A DNA stretch of 64,000 bases from a virus. The DNA lies in the IMG/VR virus record IMGVR_UViG_3300020183_004379, positions 1-64,000 of that record. The stretch is one strand, 5' to 3'. Of this stretch, positions 48,125 through 57,331 are shown one piece after another. The translations under genes and the position numbers were made by a program. How positions within the stretch are numbered: the stretch's first letter is position 1; each line of letters starts with the position of its first letter. Below the pieces are notes generated by a model, which had not been told where the DNA came from, ran no database searches, and saw only the letters and a program-made list of their open reading frames with translations.

Positions 48125-48639
48125 GTTATCACCTCGTCTTGAGAGTATTTAGACCAGTCTGTAAACACCGCACGATTTTTTAGATCATGCAAACTATGAC
48201 ACCAGACACCAGGATTTGTAGCTTGAAAATCTTTGTCGTCAATTTTGATAATTGTATTGTAGTTGTACAATTTGGCATATGGTAGTTTAACACTGATCAT
48301 GGGTATAAATCTATCATGTTCGATCAAACTGCCTTCCAAAAGTCCTTCAGCTGACTTTAGATCTAGATCCAGCGTACACCATGCGCCATGCATGAGACAC
48401 GCACCAATCATGCTTTCCCAGGCATGCCATGTGTCGGCATCGTTCACAACAGGATTAGGAAAACTTTGGTTTGCACCGAAGTAGATATGCTCACAGTTGT
48501 TGCGCTGTGCAGCAGTCACAATATTCTTAGGATCCTGTACGCCAATTACGAATAATGTTTTCATGCCATAGGCAGGACTATGCTCTACTTCGGTGCCAAC
48601 AAACATTTGGACTGATTCGTGGCCTGTTCTGTTCATCAT
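48121..48639 (-). CDS. Conserved hypothetical protein in the deazaguanine cluster
   Basis: GTEVEHSPAYG, HIYFGANQSF, NPGVWCH. Confidence 0.75.
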   Translation of the reverse strand: MMNRTGHESVQMFVGTEVEHSPAYGMKTLFVIGVQDPKNIVTAAQRNNCEHIYFGANQSFPNPVVNDADTWHAWESMIGACLMHGAWCTLDLDLKSAEGLLEGSLIEHDRFIPMISVKLPYAKLYNYNTIIKIDDKDFQATNPGVWCHSLHDLKNRAVFTDWSKYSQDEVIT

Positions 48640-48666
48640 ATTTTGAGACTTTCAATGGTTAGGATA

Positions 48667-48885
48667 TTAGTGATCATTGTAATCCTCGGGTAGGCGTTCG
48701 TGTTTGTCTTCCCATTCAAGGCGTGTGAGTCTTGAAATTTCGTCCTTGTATTTTAACTTCTGTTTCTTTAATTCTGCAACCTTTTGTTCATCCACATGAG
48801 AATGTCGCTCCATTTCTGTAATTTTGAGATCAATGACTCTATGCATCTCTTCCAAATGACGGATTCTATTTTTGATGTCACCCAT
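48667..48885 (-). CDS. YdcH/DUF465-like small coiled-coil protein
   Basis: LEEMHRVIDLKI..LKKQKLKYKDEI. Confidence 0.7.
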   Translation of the reverse strand: MGDIKNRIRHLEEMHRVIDLKITEMERHSHVDEQKVAELKKQKLKYKDEISRLTRLEWEDKHERLPEDYNDH

Positions 48886-48886
48886 T

Positions 48887-50488
48887 TCATTCTCCTCCGT
48901 GATCGAGTCTAAGTATGTTTCCAAGTCTAGCTTCTGCTGCTTCTTCTGCCATTTTCTCATCGGCTTCGGTCTCCTGTGCTTCTGGTTCTACAAATTCAAA
49001 TAGTACATTAAATTGACTATGAGCATTCCGGGTCTTGTCACCTTTGAATCCACGAGTGCCCACTATGTCCATCCAGTATCTGTTGTAGTGTTCAATTATG
49101 TCTAGGCTATCTTGTTTGGTAGGCGCAGCAAAAACTGCATCTACAATGTCTCGAAAACGAGCATGATCGCCTGTGCGACCTTTAGTGCCTTGGTTCCACA
49201 TCATGGCTGGCCATGTGCCTGCATCGTACTCTTGATTGGCTCTTTGCACAGCTTCAATATGCGTCCATACATTATGACCCATCATGAGCGCATATGAAAA
49301 GCTGTCCCAAGATGTTTTGCCTTCCTTGCCAATCTTGTTTTTATCACCAGGTTTGTATATACACACATCTTTGATCTGTAGATGCCGGCTTATTGGGCTT
49401 TCATCAAAATGTGGAAAAACATTATCCTGTAGTACAGTGTCTCGGAAACTTCTTGTGTCAACAGCATACTTCTTGTCATCCGCACTGGGCCCCATTCTAT
49501 AGCACCATTTGTCGTTGTGAGGCAGATCTATATGATGATACATTTGGCCATTTGCTGTAGCCAAGAACGGACTTGCACAATCAAAACTAATGGTAAAATT
49601 AGGATTAACATATTTTCGCACGGCTCGTTGAATATCAGTGAGCAACAATGCCCATTCTAATTTGCTGGTACCTAAAAAGTGCATCCAGTCATGTACACCT
49701 TCTTGCAACAGGTTGTCATGGCGTAAAGCAACCAATCTTTTTAGCACAAGATGCACATCGCACATGTTCTGTCCGCCCATGGCCCATCCATCAAAATGCT
49801 TTCCTGGATATGCAACAGGATCACAGTACACTTTCATGGTGTCATACCATTCGTCGGCACTGGTATGATTATCGCCTTGCAACACATTCAAGAATCTAGC
49901 ACCACCATCTTTAATACCTTTGCGATTCTTGATAAAATACTCATTGTTGTACTTGGTGGCATCTACTGCTTCTTGCAGCGTGGTTATCTGACAAGCTCGT
50001 GAAGCTTTTTTGTCGTGTATGACCCAGGTAGGTATGTCAAGGATCATGCCGTAGTCAGCGATACCGTCTAGCCATTTGAGTATAGAACTGCGTTTCTTTT
50101 CTGCCTTGGCACAACCTGAATTGGCCTTCCAATCACCTTCCCACAAACCCTTGGCAATCTGGAATCCACCCGAGTCGCCTAGTATGAATGAGCCAGGTTC
50201 GCGATTACGAACCATGTCCTCACTCCAGTCCTGTTTGTTTAGATCTAGATTAGCATGTCCACCTGAGTACAAACTCCATTTATAAGGAAACAAAGATTTT
50301 TGGCTGTTGAGCCAGTTCATCTGTTCCATATCCTGTACGCCTACTGGCATCCTGGCAAGATCAACATAAGGAGACCCAGATGTATCTCGTTGTTTGCCGA
50401 TAAAAGTGGCATAGAATCCGCTGATGGCCGGCAAGAACACAGCATAGTCCTGCTGTTTGCTAGTTAGATCATCTTGACTCATGGACAT
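48887..50488 (-). CDS. tRNA-guanine transglycosylase-like protein (DpdA-type DNA transglycosylase candidate)
   Basis: LGDSGGFQ, ILDIP, NVLQG, HFLG, SFDCAS, GHN; clustered with folE/queD/queE. Confidence 0.75.
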   Translation of the reverse strand: MSMSQDDLTSKQQDYAVFLPAISGFYATFIGKQRDTSGSPYVDLARMPVGVQDMEQMNWLNSQKSLFPYKWSLYSGGHANLDLNKQDWSEDMVRNREPGSFILGDSGGFQIAKGLWEGDWKANSGCAKAEKKRSSILKWLDGIADYGMILDIPTWVIHDKKASRACQITTLQEAVDATKYNNEYFIKNRKGIKDGGARFLNVLQGDNHTSADEWYDTMKVYCDPVAYPGKHFDGWAMGGQNMCDVHLVLKRLVALRHDNLLQEGVHDWMHFLGTSKLEWALLLTDIQRAVRKYVNPNFTISFDCASPFLATANGQMYHHIDLPHNDKWCYRMGPSADDKKYAVDTRSFRDTVLQDNVFPHFDESPISRHLQIKDVCIYKPGDKNKIGKEGKTSWDSFSYALMMGHNVWTHIEAVQRANQEYDAGTWPAMMWNQGTKGRTGDHARFRDIVDAVFAAPTKQDSLDIIEHYNRYWMDIVGTRGFKGDKTRNAHSQFNVLFEFVEPEAQETEADEKMAEEAAEARLGNILRLDHGGE

Positions 50489-50551
50489 AGTTCATGCTGG
50501 GATTGCCGTTGTTCGCCTGTACATAACGGTTGCCGGAGTATATGGCTTTGT

Positions 50552-51280
50552 TTATTTTTGTTGAGCTGGCAGTAGATAGTTGTATTCTGCAATGCCTGAA
50601 TCAACAGTGATCTGCATAACACCTTCATCGCTGATTTTCATGTTTTTGTCGCCGGACAAATTTAGAATACCAATCACGGCATTCACTGGCCAGTTCCATG
50701 GTTTGTTCAACACACCCACACCATCCTGGAAAACAAAATCGCCAGCGTGACTGCTGTGGTCACCAAAGAAAAATTTTAGTTTACCGTTGTCTGTTTTGGC
50801 GATAAAAGTAGTTTCTTCGCTGTTTGCGCTGGCTTGAAATTTAAGTCTCTGAATGTTAGAAACTGTGGGATTAAAGTCCACATTCCATTTGACCTGTTTC
50901 ATTTTTACGGCCTTGAGTTTGTCACTTATAATTTCACTTGCCATGAAACGATATTCATTCTTGAAGTCACCATTTTTGTTTTCAAAGTGTATGCCTACGG
51001 GCACCTGATTGCCGTTGCGATCTTGACTTAGTATGGTTAGCTTTGCATCTTCTTTGTATTCGGGAATGTTAAGGATGGTGTTTAGTTTACCTAGGTTGGG
51101 CATGCCAAACACTCCGACAAATTCTGGTACTGGATTTTTGAATCGAGCCTGCACGATCACGCTGCGATCCTCAGCGATACTGTCAATAAAGGTTTCTTGA
51201 TCATTGCCGGTAATCTTTACTAGGTCAATAATACCAAGGCTGTGCGTGTGTTGCACAATGTCGTGTAAGTAGTCTTTCAT
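50552..51280 (-). CDS. DNA polymerase sliding clamp (gp45-like)
   Basis: 242 aa beta/alpha repeat layout; C-terminal YNYLLPA; near the DNA polymerase. Confidence 0.7.
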   Translation of the reverse strand: MKDYLHDIVQHTHSLGIIDLVKITGNDQETFIDSIAEDRSVIVQARFKNPVPEFVGVFGMPNLGKLNTILNIPEYKEDAKLTILSQDRNGNQVPVGIHFENKNGDFKNEYRFMASEIISDKLKAVKMKQVKWNVDFNPTVSNIQRLKFQASANSEETTFIAKTDNGKLKFFFGDHSSHAGDFVFQDGVGVLNKPWNWPVNAVIGILNLSGDKNMKISDEGVMQITVDSGIAEYNYLLPAQQK

Positions 51281-51302
51281 TGATTCTCCTTTGAGTTTAT
51301 TG

Positions 51303-51331
51303 ATTATAACATGATCTATTTAGATCGTCAA
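51303..51331 (-). promoter_or_regulatory. Sigma70-like promoter TTGACG-N17-TATAAT with nested TAAATA inside the palindrome GATCTA-AA-TAGATC
   Basis: Read directly. Confidence 0.75.
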
Positions 51332-51336
51332 CGGTA

Positions 51337-52302
51337 CTAGGACTTTTTTACTATGCCAATTGACCATTTAGTTTTGTCAGATTGTAAAACACCGGGTACG
51401 CTCAACGATACTGAAACCAAGTCAGATCCTCGATTGACCCACATAGATACTTCCATTTCTAATTTTAGAGCCATGGCATCTATTTGTGCTCTGTTCATCC
51501 CTCCAATTTTGCCGTCGCTGATGAACGCAGCAGAATTGCTACTGTCAGCATCAAACATGTTGAAAAAAACTTGTCCTCCGGGTCGTAACAGTGGCTTTAT
51601 TTGTGTTAAAAAAGTCTCAGCTGCATACAAATTGAATCTTTCAAATAGATTCCACACCACCACAAGACCCATCTGCCCTTTTGGCACTCCCCAGTGCATT
51701 TGATGTTCGTTGAAACCAATATTGGTGTCCCAATCTAAATTATTCCAATTTCGCACAGTGTGAAATTTTACTCTAGGTTGCACACTGTTCTCAATGCTAT
51801 TGTATTTTTTAATTAATAGATCTCTGTCTGTATCAATCATGTACAACAGATAGTAACTGATTAATATTTTTATTACTTCGTCGTGTTGAGCATTAATCAT
51901 GGCCGCAGGGTATTTCCATGGGTCGTTGGTGCGGCTCCATATCAATAACAAATCTTGAATTTGATTTGGATTGCACAGCCATTTGTCTCGCTGATGGTCA
52001 GCAATATCAAGATGCTGTTTGAACCATGCGCGGTCACTCACATGATCCAGAATCTGTTGATATTCATTTCCTACCTGTTGTTTAAGATTCATTAAACGAG
52101 AGTGGCTAGCAAACAGCATATCTTTGCACTGTGCTAGATCATCTAACTCTTTTTGGACCAATTGGTCCACATCAGGCAACAGTGCCATGAGCTCTTGAGT
52201 TTTTTCTATCTGTGGTGTAACATCAGTTGCGTTACCAAAGTTTTTTAGTAGATTGCGTAGTTCTGCCAGTCTTGGAAACCTAGAAAGTTGTTCAGGTGTC
52301 AT
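51337..52302 (-). CDS. Coiled coil + class I SAM methyltransferase-like domain
   Basis: LVVVWNLF..FL.QI..LLRPGGQVFFN motif; motif I degenerate. Confidence 0.5.
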   Translation of the reverse strand: MTPEQLSRFPRLAELRNLLKNFGNATDVTPQIEKTQELMALLPDVDQLVQKELDDLAQCKDMLFASHSRLMNLKQQVGNEYQQILDHVSDRAWFKQHLDIADHQRDKWLCNPNQIQDLLLIWSRTNDPWKYPAAMINAQHDEVIKILISYYLLYMIDTDRDLLIKKYNSIENSVQPRVKFHTVRNWNNLDWDTNIGFNEHQMHWGVPKGQMGLVVVWNLFERFNLYAAETFLTQIKPLLRPGGQVFFNMFDADSSNSAAFISDGKIGGMNRAQIDAMALKLEMEVSMWVNRGSDLVSVSLSVPGVLQSDKTKWSIGIVKKS

Positions 52303-52303
52303 G

Positions 52304-54964
52304 TTATTCAAAAGTAAACAAATTGTCAAATGTGGTTGTGATTTGAGTGTTCTCTGCTATGTTCCATTTTAGAACGCCCAAGAGATTTTCTACCTTTTGT
52401 TCCACAATAGTTGTTTCCATGAGTGCATCGTCAAATGGCAGTTCTTTGAACCAGGTAGGAATATGCAATTCATCTGTGGGATATCCTACTGAGGTAAAGC
52501 CTAGTGGATTATCTTTTAATTTACACACAATGGTTTTCATACCGTCCACAATGGCCATTGAGTAGTTGTCACCATGCATGCGTTTGAGATTGTTCCAGTT
52601 CATGGCTGCTCGCACATGACCTGGCATGTTGGCTCGGCCCAGTCGTTCTTCTTCACGAGTGAACTTGGTCAAGTTGTTCACACGCTTGGGTGTGCCTTTT
52701 TCCCAGGCTGGACGATCTTGAAACGCAATCTTGAACTCTCGCACTCGGTCATAAACATGTTCTTTGGCACATCCGGTTAGCACATCTTGTAGCAAACTGC
52801 TCAAGAAGTCTTGTACCACCTTGGGAGTATCGGATCGCTTTAGGTCCAGGCCCATGGCTTTGACCTTGCCTGGTTTTCCATGTGTGTCTAGTCTTGCACC
52901 TTCAAGATCATATATCAGTACTGCATAACGCTTTTTCTTAATATATAGACCTTTTTCTGCTACAAGTTCTCGTCCACCTTTGATAAGCGACCCCATACTC
53001 CTTGGACAGTGACATGCCCGTTCCATAAACGCAGGGAAACTGGCATTGACTTGATCAGCGATGGTGTCATAGAGCTGTACACAGGTTTCTTTGTTCCACT
53101 CCATGCGTCCTGCGGCAACTTCTTCTCGTATAGCGGGCCAGGCTGTAAAATAGCAGCTATCAGTATCTCCATAGATGATACTTGCACCCACGTGATCGTA
53201 CTCTCCCATGATACACTCGTTAATATAAGCGTCCATGTGTCGCGCGATGATTCTTCCAGTGAGAGTAGTACTCTGACCAATTCGCTTGTCGAAGAAACGG
53301 CAACCTGGGTTGAGAATCGCTCCGTACAAACTGTTAAGATTAATCTTCTTGACCAACTGACGCTTGTCCCAAAAAGCAGTATCTTCAGCGGTGGTGGCTT
53401 CTCTTTTTTTAGCTTGCATCTCTTTTCGTTCTGCATACCACCTCTCTAGTAATCCAGGAATCACACCCTTCTTTTCATAAGTGAAGATTGTGCCGTTGGC
53501 ACTGAGAATCCAACTGCTGTTGCTGTCAAAGATTATGCGCCAGACTTCCGCAGCAGAATGCACGGTTGGGTCTGCACCCTCCCAGTCAATGGTAATTTCT
53601 GTGCCTGCCTGACATTCCATAACGGCTGTGTATTCCAAGGTACCAAACATGTTTTCCCATGCGTCAGCAAAACTGCTACCTGCATCCATTTTCTCCTTGA
53701 TGTAACGATCTGTCATGATTGGTCTTAGCTGACCAACAATGGTTTCTGGCCCCATGTTCAGCGCACGGATTGCACTAGGGTATAGGCTGTTGATATCAAT
53801 GGCACCAACCCAGTCATGCATGCCGGCTTTTGGAAACGCCACATAGGCCCCTGCTGCCTGTGTATCACCCTGACTGTCTCTACTGGTACGATTTGGAACT
53901 ACCAGTCCCAGTTGATGTGCTTCGTTTATGATTGCCTGATCTGTTACGGCCACAGCACCCATGGTGGTTTGTAGTAGCACTGTGTTGTCATGTGCTAGTT
54001 CGTTGGCTAGATCCAGGAACCTGAGCTTCTTGTCAAGTTTGGCGACCAGCATAGCATCCTGCCGGTTGTAGTCGATGAATTTTTCAAAGTCTTTGTTGTA
54101 CAGCTGATCCAAGGTACCTTCGTAGGCAATTTTCCGTTCGTCAAGTTCGTATTCGCCAATGGCATCCAAACTGTAGGAGTGTCTTTCTTCATAAGTGTAT
54201 TTCCTATAAAGTTGCATGTAATCCATATGCACACGACCGATCAAGTCGAAGGTCAGTGTCTCGGCACCAAAGCGTTCAAAGTATCTTTCCTTGGGATACT
54301 GACCCCATAGACAAAATCTGCGAAGATCATCGCGACTGAGCACACGATTGGTACGCATCACAAGATAAGGAATATCAAATCCTTCACTGTTCCATCCGCT
54401 GAGTACATCCGCATCATCAATGATGTCAAGAAATGTGTTTAGTAGATCAGCTTCGCGCTCAAATAAAAAACAGTTGTCGTATCTAGCTGCAATTTCTTCT
54501 GCTGTTTCCCAGCTCATGTTCTTGGGTGGAATGACCAGAGTTACCAGTTTGTTCATCCAGTCAAGGTATACTGTTACAGCGGTTATTGGATTGAAAGGAT
54601 CTTCTGGTTTGGAAAAACCTCGCACTGGATCAAAGTCAACTTCAATATCAAAGAACGCAGTTTGCAGTTTGGGAGATTTAGCACCAAGGTAGTTGTGTTC
54701 GAGACAACGAAATATAGGATTGATATCACTTTCCCACAGGCGTTTGCCTGAGTTGATCTTGATTTCTTTGTGATATTCTTTGCTGTTACGAGTGGCAAAC
54801 CTGCTCACTGGTGTGCCGTAAATTGTGCGGAACTTGCCGCGAGGATCATCGTAGTAGAAAATATATTCTGCGGGAAATTCTTTGTATTCTCTACCGCCGG
54901 CATTGCGCTCAACAACATAGATGCGATCTTTATCTCTGTCAAACAGAGCATCAACATAACTCAT
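52304..54964 (-). CDS. Family B DNA polymerase (T4 gp43-like)
   Basis: ExoI DIE, ExoII GWNSEGFDIPY, ExoIII YNRQD; Pol DINSLYPS, KINLNSLYG, YGDTDS. Confidence 0.97.
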   Translation of the reverse strand: MSYVDALFDRDKDRIYVVERNAGGREYKEFPAEYIFYYDDPRGKFRTIYGTPVSRFATRNSKEYHKEIKINSGKRLWESDINPIFRCLEHNYLGAKSPKLQTAFFDIEVDFDPVRGFSKPEDPFNPITAVTVYLDWMNKLVTLVIPPKNMSWETAEEIAARYDNCFLFEREADLLNTFLDIIDDADVLSGWNSEGFDIPYLVMRTNRVLSRDDLRRFCLWGQYPKERYFERFGAETLTFDLIGRVHMDYMQLYRKYTYEERHSYSLDAIGEYELDERKIAYEGTLDQLYNKDFEKFIDYNRQDAMLVAKLDKKLRFLDLANELAHDNTVLLQTTMGAVAVTDQAIINEAHQLGLVVPNRTSRDSQGDTQAAGAYVAFPKAGMHDWVGAIDINSLYPSAIRALNMGPETIVGQLRPIMTDRYIKEKMDAGSSFADAWENMFGTLEYTAVMECQAGTEITIDWEGADPTVHSAAEVWRIIFDSNSSWILSANGTIFTYEKKGVIPGLLERWYAERKEMQAKKREATTAEDTAFWDKRQLVKKINLNSLYGAILNPGCRFFDKRIGQSTTLTGRIIARHMDAYINECIMGEYDHVGASIIYGDTDSCYFTAWPAIREEVAAGRMEWNKETCVQLYDTIADQVNASFPAFMERACHCPRSMGSLIKGGRELVAEKGLYIKKKRYAVLIYDLEGARLDTHGKPGKVKAMGLDLKRSDTPKVVQDFLSSLLQDVLTGCAKEHVYDRVREFKIAFQDRPAWEKGTPKRVNNLTKFTREEERLGRANMPGHVRAAMNWNNLKRMHGDNYSMAIVDGMKTIVCKLKDNPLGFTSVGYPTDELHIPTWFKELPFDDALMETTIVEQKVENLLGVLKWNIAENTQITTTFDNLFTFE

Positions 54965-55034
54965 TCTATTCTCCATGTGCAGTTTCTAGCCTGCACTTGC
55001 TCTACATGCCGTTTTGTGTCCGACGAGACAAAAA
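54965..55034 (-). promoter_or_regulatory. Structured 5' leader of the DNA polymerase gene
   Basis: TTTTGT/ACAAAA hairpin plus GTGCAG-GCTAGAAA-CTGCAC hairpin abutting GGAG. Confidence 0.55.
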
Positions 55035-55037
55035 TAT

Positions 55038-55166
55038 TTAACGAAACAAATGATCAGTTATGTATTCACATAATCTAGCAAAACACAACGCACTGTACAT
55101 CATAGTCCACATCATGATGGCCATCAGTACCCAGTAAACAATAATTTCTAGTGCTATCAGTATCAT
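55038..55166 (-). CDS. 42-aa hydrophobic peptide (not in ORF track)
   Basis: MILIALEIIVYWVLMAIMMWTMMYSALCF...; ATGA overlap. Confidence 0.5.
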   Translation of the reverse strand: MILIALEIIVYWVLMAIMMWTMMYSALCFARLCEYITDHLFR

Positions 55167-55450
55167 GTGAGCATTCGTATCAAACCAACGGTGTCAATCG
55201 TGACCAACAATAGGTAATTGGCCAACATACCAAAGGAACCACGACTATAAGCACACCCAGCGTATATAGCACAACCTGCAATCCAGATTGGGTACAGGAC
55301 AAGAAGGGGTGGATTAGGCACGGTGAGGGCCATGACGATACTACAACCAATAGATATAGCCCAAGCAAGGACCTCAAATAAAAAACGAAGTTTATTACTC
55401 GAGTAGTCTTGTCTGATCCAGTTAGCGGTTCCACTTAGTATTTCGGTCAA
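55163..55450 (-). CDS. Small 3-TM membrane protein
   Basis: Three hydrophobic segments. Confidence 0.7.
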   Translation of the reverse strand: MTEILSGTANWIRQDYSSNKLRFLFEVLAWAISIGCSIVMALTVPNPPLLVLYPIWIAGCAIYAGCAYSRGSFGMLANYLLLVTIDTVGLIRMLT

Positions 55451-55707
55451 AGTGTCTTGCCTACAGTTTGCAAAATTGTATTTAATTCTTCATTTTCTTT
55501 GTTTGTCTCACCTAGCTTGGCTTTGTGAGCAATACGAATGGCCTTGCTTAACACAGCAGGTTTAATTTCCATTTCCTCAGCAATGGCTTTGACTGTGTCT
55601 TTGAGACCTTCTTGTAGTGTTTCGACTTCTTGCATGACCTGCATGCCTTCGTTAATCAATTGTGTGAGCTTGGCCTTTTCGGCGGAACCAAACATTCTAG
55701 TTGACAT
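55447..55707 (-). CDS. Small dsDNA-binding protein (T4 DsbA / GapR-like)
   Basis: Helical, LKDTVKAIAEE..IKPAVL.KAI; AGGAG RBS. Confidence 0.55.
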   Translation of the reverse strand: MSTRMFGSAEKAKLTQLINEGMQVMQEVETLQEGLKDTVKAIAEEMEIKPAVLSKAIRIAHKAKLGETNKENEELNTILQTVGKTL

Positions 55708-55730
55708 GATATCTCCTAATTGAAAATCAT

Positions 55731-55759
55731 ATTATACACTTTACTTACACACACTGCAA
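55731..55759 (-). promoter_or_regulatory. Sigma70-like promoter TTGCAG-N17-TATAAT with nested TAAGTA
   Basis: Read directly. Confidence 0.6.
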
Positions 55760-55772
55760 CACCTATGAACAA

Positions 55773-56546
55773 TTATTCACACTCGGCCCAGATCAAGTTT
55801 GTCCACTTTTTATACAGCCATGATCCTTTTGGCGGTATGCAGTTTCCTAGTTCCGGAAACCGTTCAATTCTATTTTGAACAACAATAGTAAATATTAAAA
55901 CTATTCCTACAATGAACATCAAAACCAGGCTCCAGCAGGTGATTTTATAAATGAACTTCTTGCGCTTTCGTCTGGCAATCTTATCAGTTTCCGCCTGTTT
56001 ACGCATCTGTTGAGCTATGGCTAGCTTTTGCTCTTTGCCCATCACCTGCATCATGTCATTTACTTCGGTCCATAATGCGCCCAGCTCTGGAGGTGATTGG
56101 TATACCATGATTTCTCGCAGTTCGGCGGCCATGTGCTCCAGCTGTTTTTTCATCAGCACTCGTTGCAGTGCTCTCTTGCCAATGCTGGCGTCACCAGTGT
56201 ACACTTCGTTTTTGCTTCTACGCTCTTCTTCTTCAAAGATAGCAAAACACTTGTGGTAGTTGTCAAAGTATGTGCCCAGGTGATTGCCAATTTCTGTGTA
56301 GATGTTGGTGGTTTCACCGTCACGCTTGTTCAACTCAATAACGCGATTTTTTTCTGAGATATATTGATTTTTTTCTGCTACTGTGGGAGTGCGGTCTTTG
56401 AACTTGCGGTGAAATTGGTCATCAAGGTCCTTGAGAATGTCCTTGACATCTCCAGCGGCGCCTTTTATATCTTTATAAAGTTTGCACCCTTCTTTGACCA
56501 ACTTGACCGCACCATTGGCCAGTGCAAACAGCGTTAACGGATCCAT
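55773..56546 (-). CDS. Coiled-coil protein with C-terminal TM helix
   Basis: MDPLTLFALA N-terminus; hydrophobic stretch near the C-terminus. Confidence 0.75.
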   Translation of the reverse strand: MDPLTLFALANGAVKLVKEGCKLYKDIKGAAGDVKDILKDLDDQFHRKFKDRTPTVAEKNQYISEKNRVIELNKRDGETTNIYTEIGNHLGTYFDNYHKCFAIFEEEERRSKNEVYTGDASIGKRALQRVLMKKQLEHMAAELREIMVYQSPPELGALWTEVNDMMQVMGKEQKLAIAQQMRKQAETDKIARRKRKKFIYKITCWSLVLMFIVGIVLIFTIVVQNRIERFPELGNCIPPKGSWLYKKWTNLIWAECE

Positions 56547-56623
56547 TCCTCTTTGATTCCCGGTTTTTCATTTTAATTGACGGAATCAGAGTTTGTAACT
56601 TAATTGAGCTCTAGAGTATTTAT

Positions 56624-57331
56624 TTAGGATCGTAAGTGTGCAAGTCGCATGTGTTGTAATATGCGTATATAAAACCAACCAATATCAAATTCCCAAGGCT
56701 TTAACGACAACTTTGGGTTAGCAGGGTCCAGATGATGATTATTGTGAAGCTCTTCGCCGCCAACAATAATACCCCATGGACTAATATTTCTAGATTGATC
56801 TCGTGTTTGGCCATTGCGATACCCCCAGGTGTGTGCTACGCCATTGATTACCCCTGCAGCCCAAAACGGTATCCATAGCATTTGTACCAGCCAGATGATC
56901 AAACCCACAGGTCCAAACATCAACGAATTGATCACAGACAAAATCAACACTCCTGCCCAGGGATGAGCAGAGTAGATGTGCTGTTCTATCCAGTCGTCGG
57001 GAGTGCCTACACCATAGTTTTCAATCATGAGTTTGTTTTTTGCAGCCTTGTTGTACAGCAGTGCCCCTCCAAACAATACTTGCCATATGCCGTATACCAC
57101 GGGACTGTGGGGATCGCCTTCGCTGTCAGAGTGTTTATGATGCTTGCGATGCACAGCTACCCATTGTTTTGTGATCATGCCTGTAGTCAGCCACAGCCAA
57201 GCTCGCATGAAGTGGACCACAATCGGATGAAATAAAACTGCACGGTGTGCCAGGCTGCGATGCAGATACAGAGTTACACACGCGATAGTGATGTGTGTGA
57301 CTGTGAGTGTATATAAGATCTCGGTAATCAA
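56624..57331 (-). CDS. Membrane fatty acid (delta-9 type) desaturase
   Basis: His boxes HRSLAH, HRKHH, HNNHH; GDPHSP. Confidence 0.92.
   Translation of the reverse strand: MITEILYTLTVTHITIACVTLYLHRSLAHRAVLFHPIVVHFMRAWLWLTTGMITKQWVAVHRKHHKHSDSEGDPHSPVVYGIWQVLFGGALLYNKAAKNKLMIENYGVGTPDDWIEQHIYSAHPWAGVLILSVINSLMFGPVGLIIWLVQMLWIPFWAAGVINGVAHTWGYRNGQTRDQSRNISPWGIIVGGEELHNNHHLDPANPKLSLKPWEFDIGWFYIRILQHMRLAHLRS

Noticed and set aside
50489-50551. Third copy of the queD/folE leader motif upstream of the DpdA-like gene
   Set aside because: Only a 5-bp CCGTT/AACGG stem; no CATCC or AACTC and no pseudoknot partner.
52304-54964. Intein or intron in the DNA polymerase
   Set aside because: All exonuclease and polymerase motifs are contiguous at normal length.
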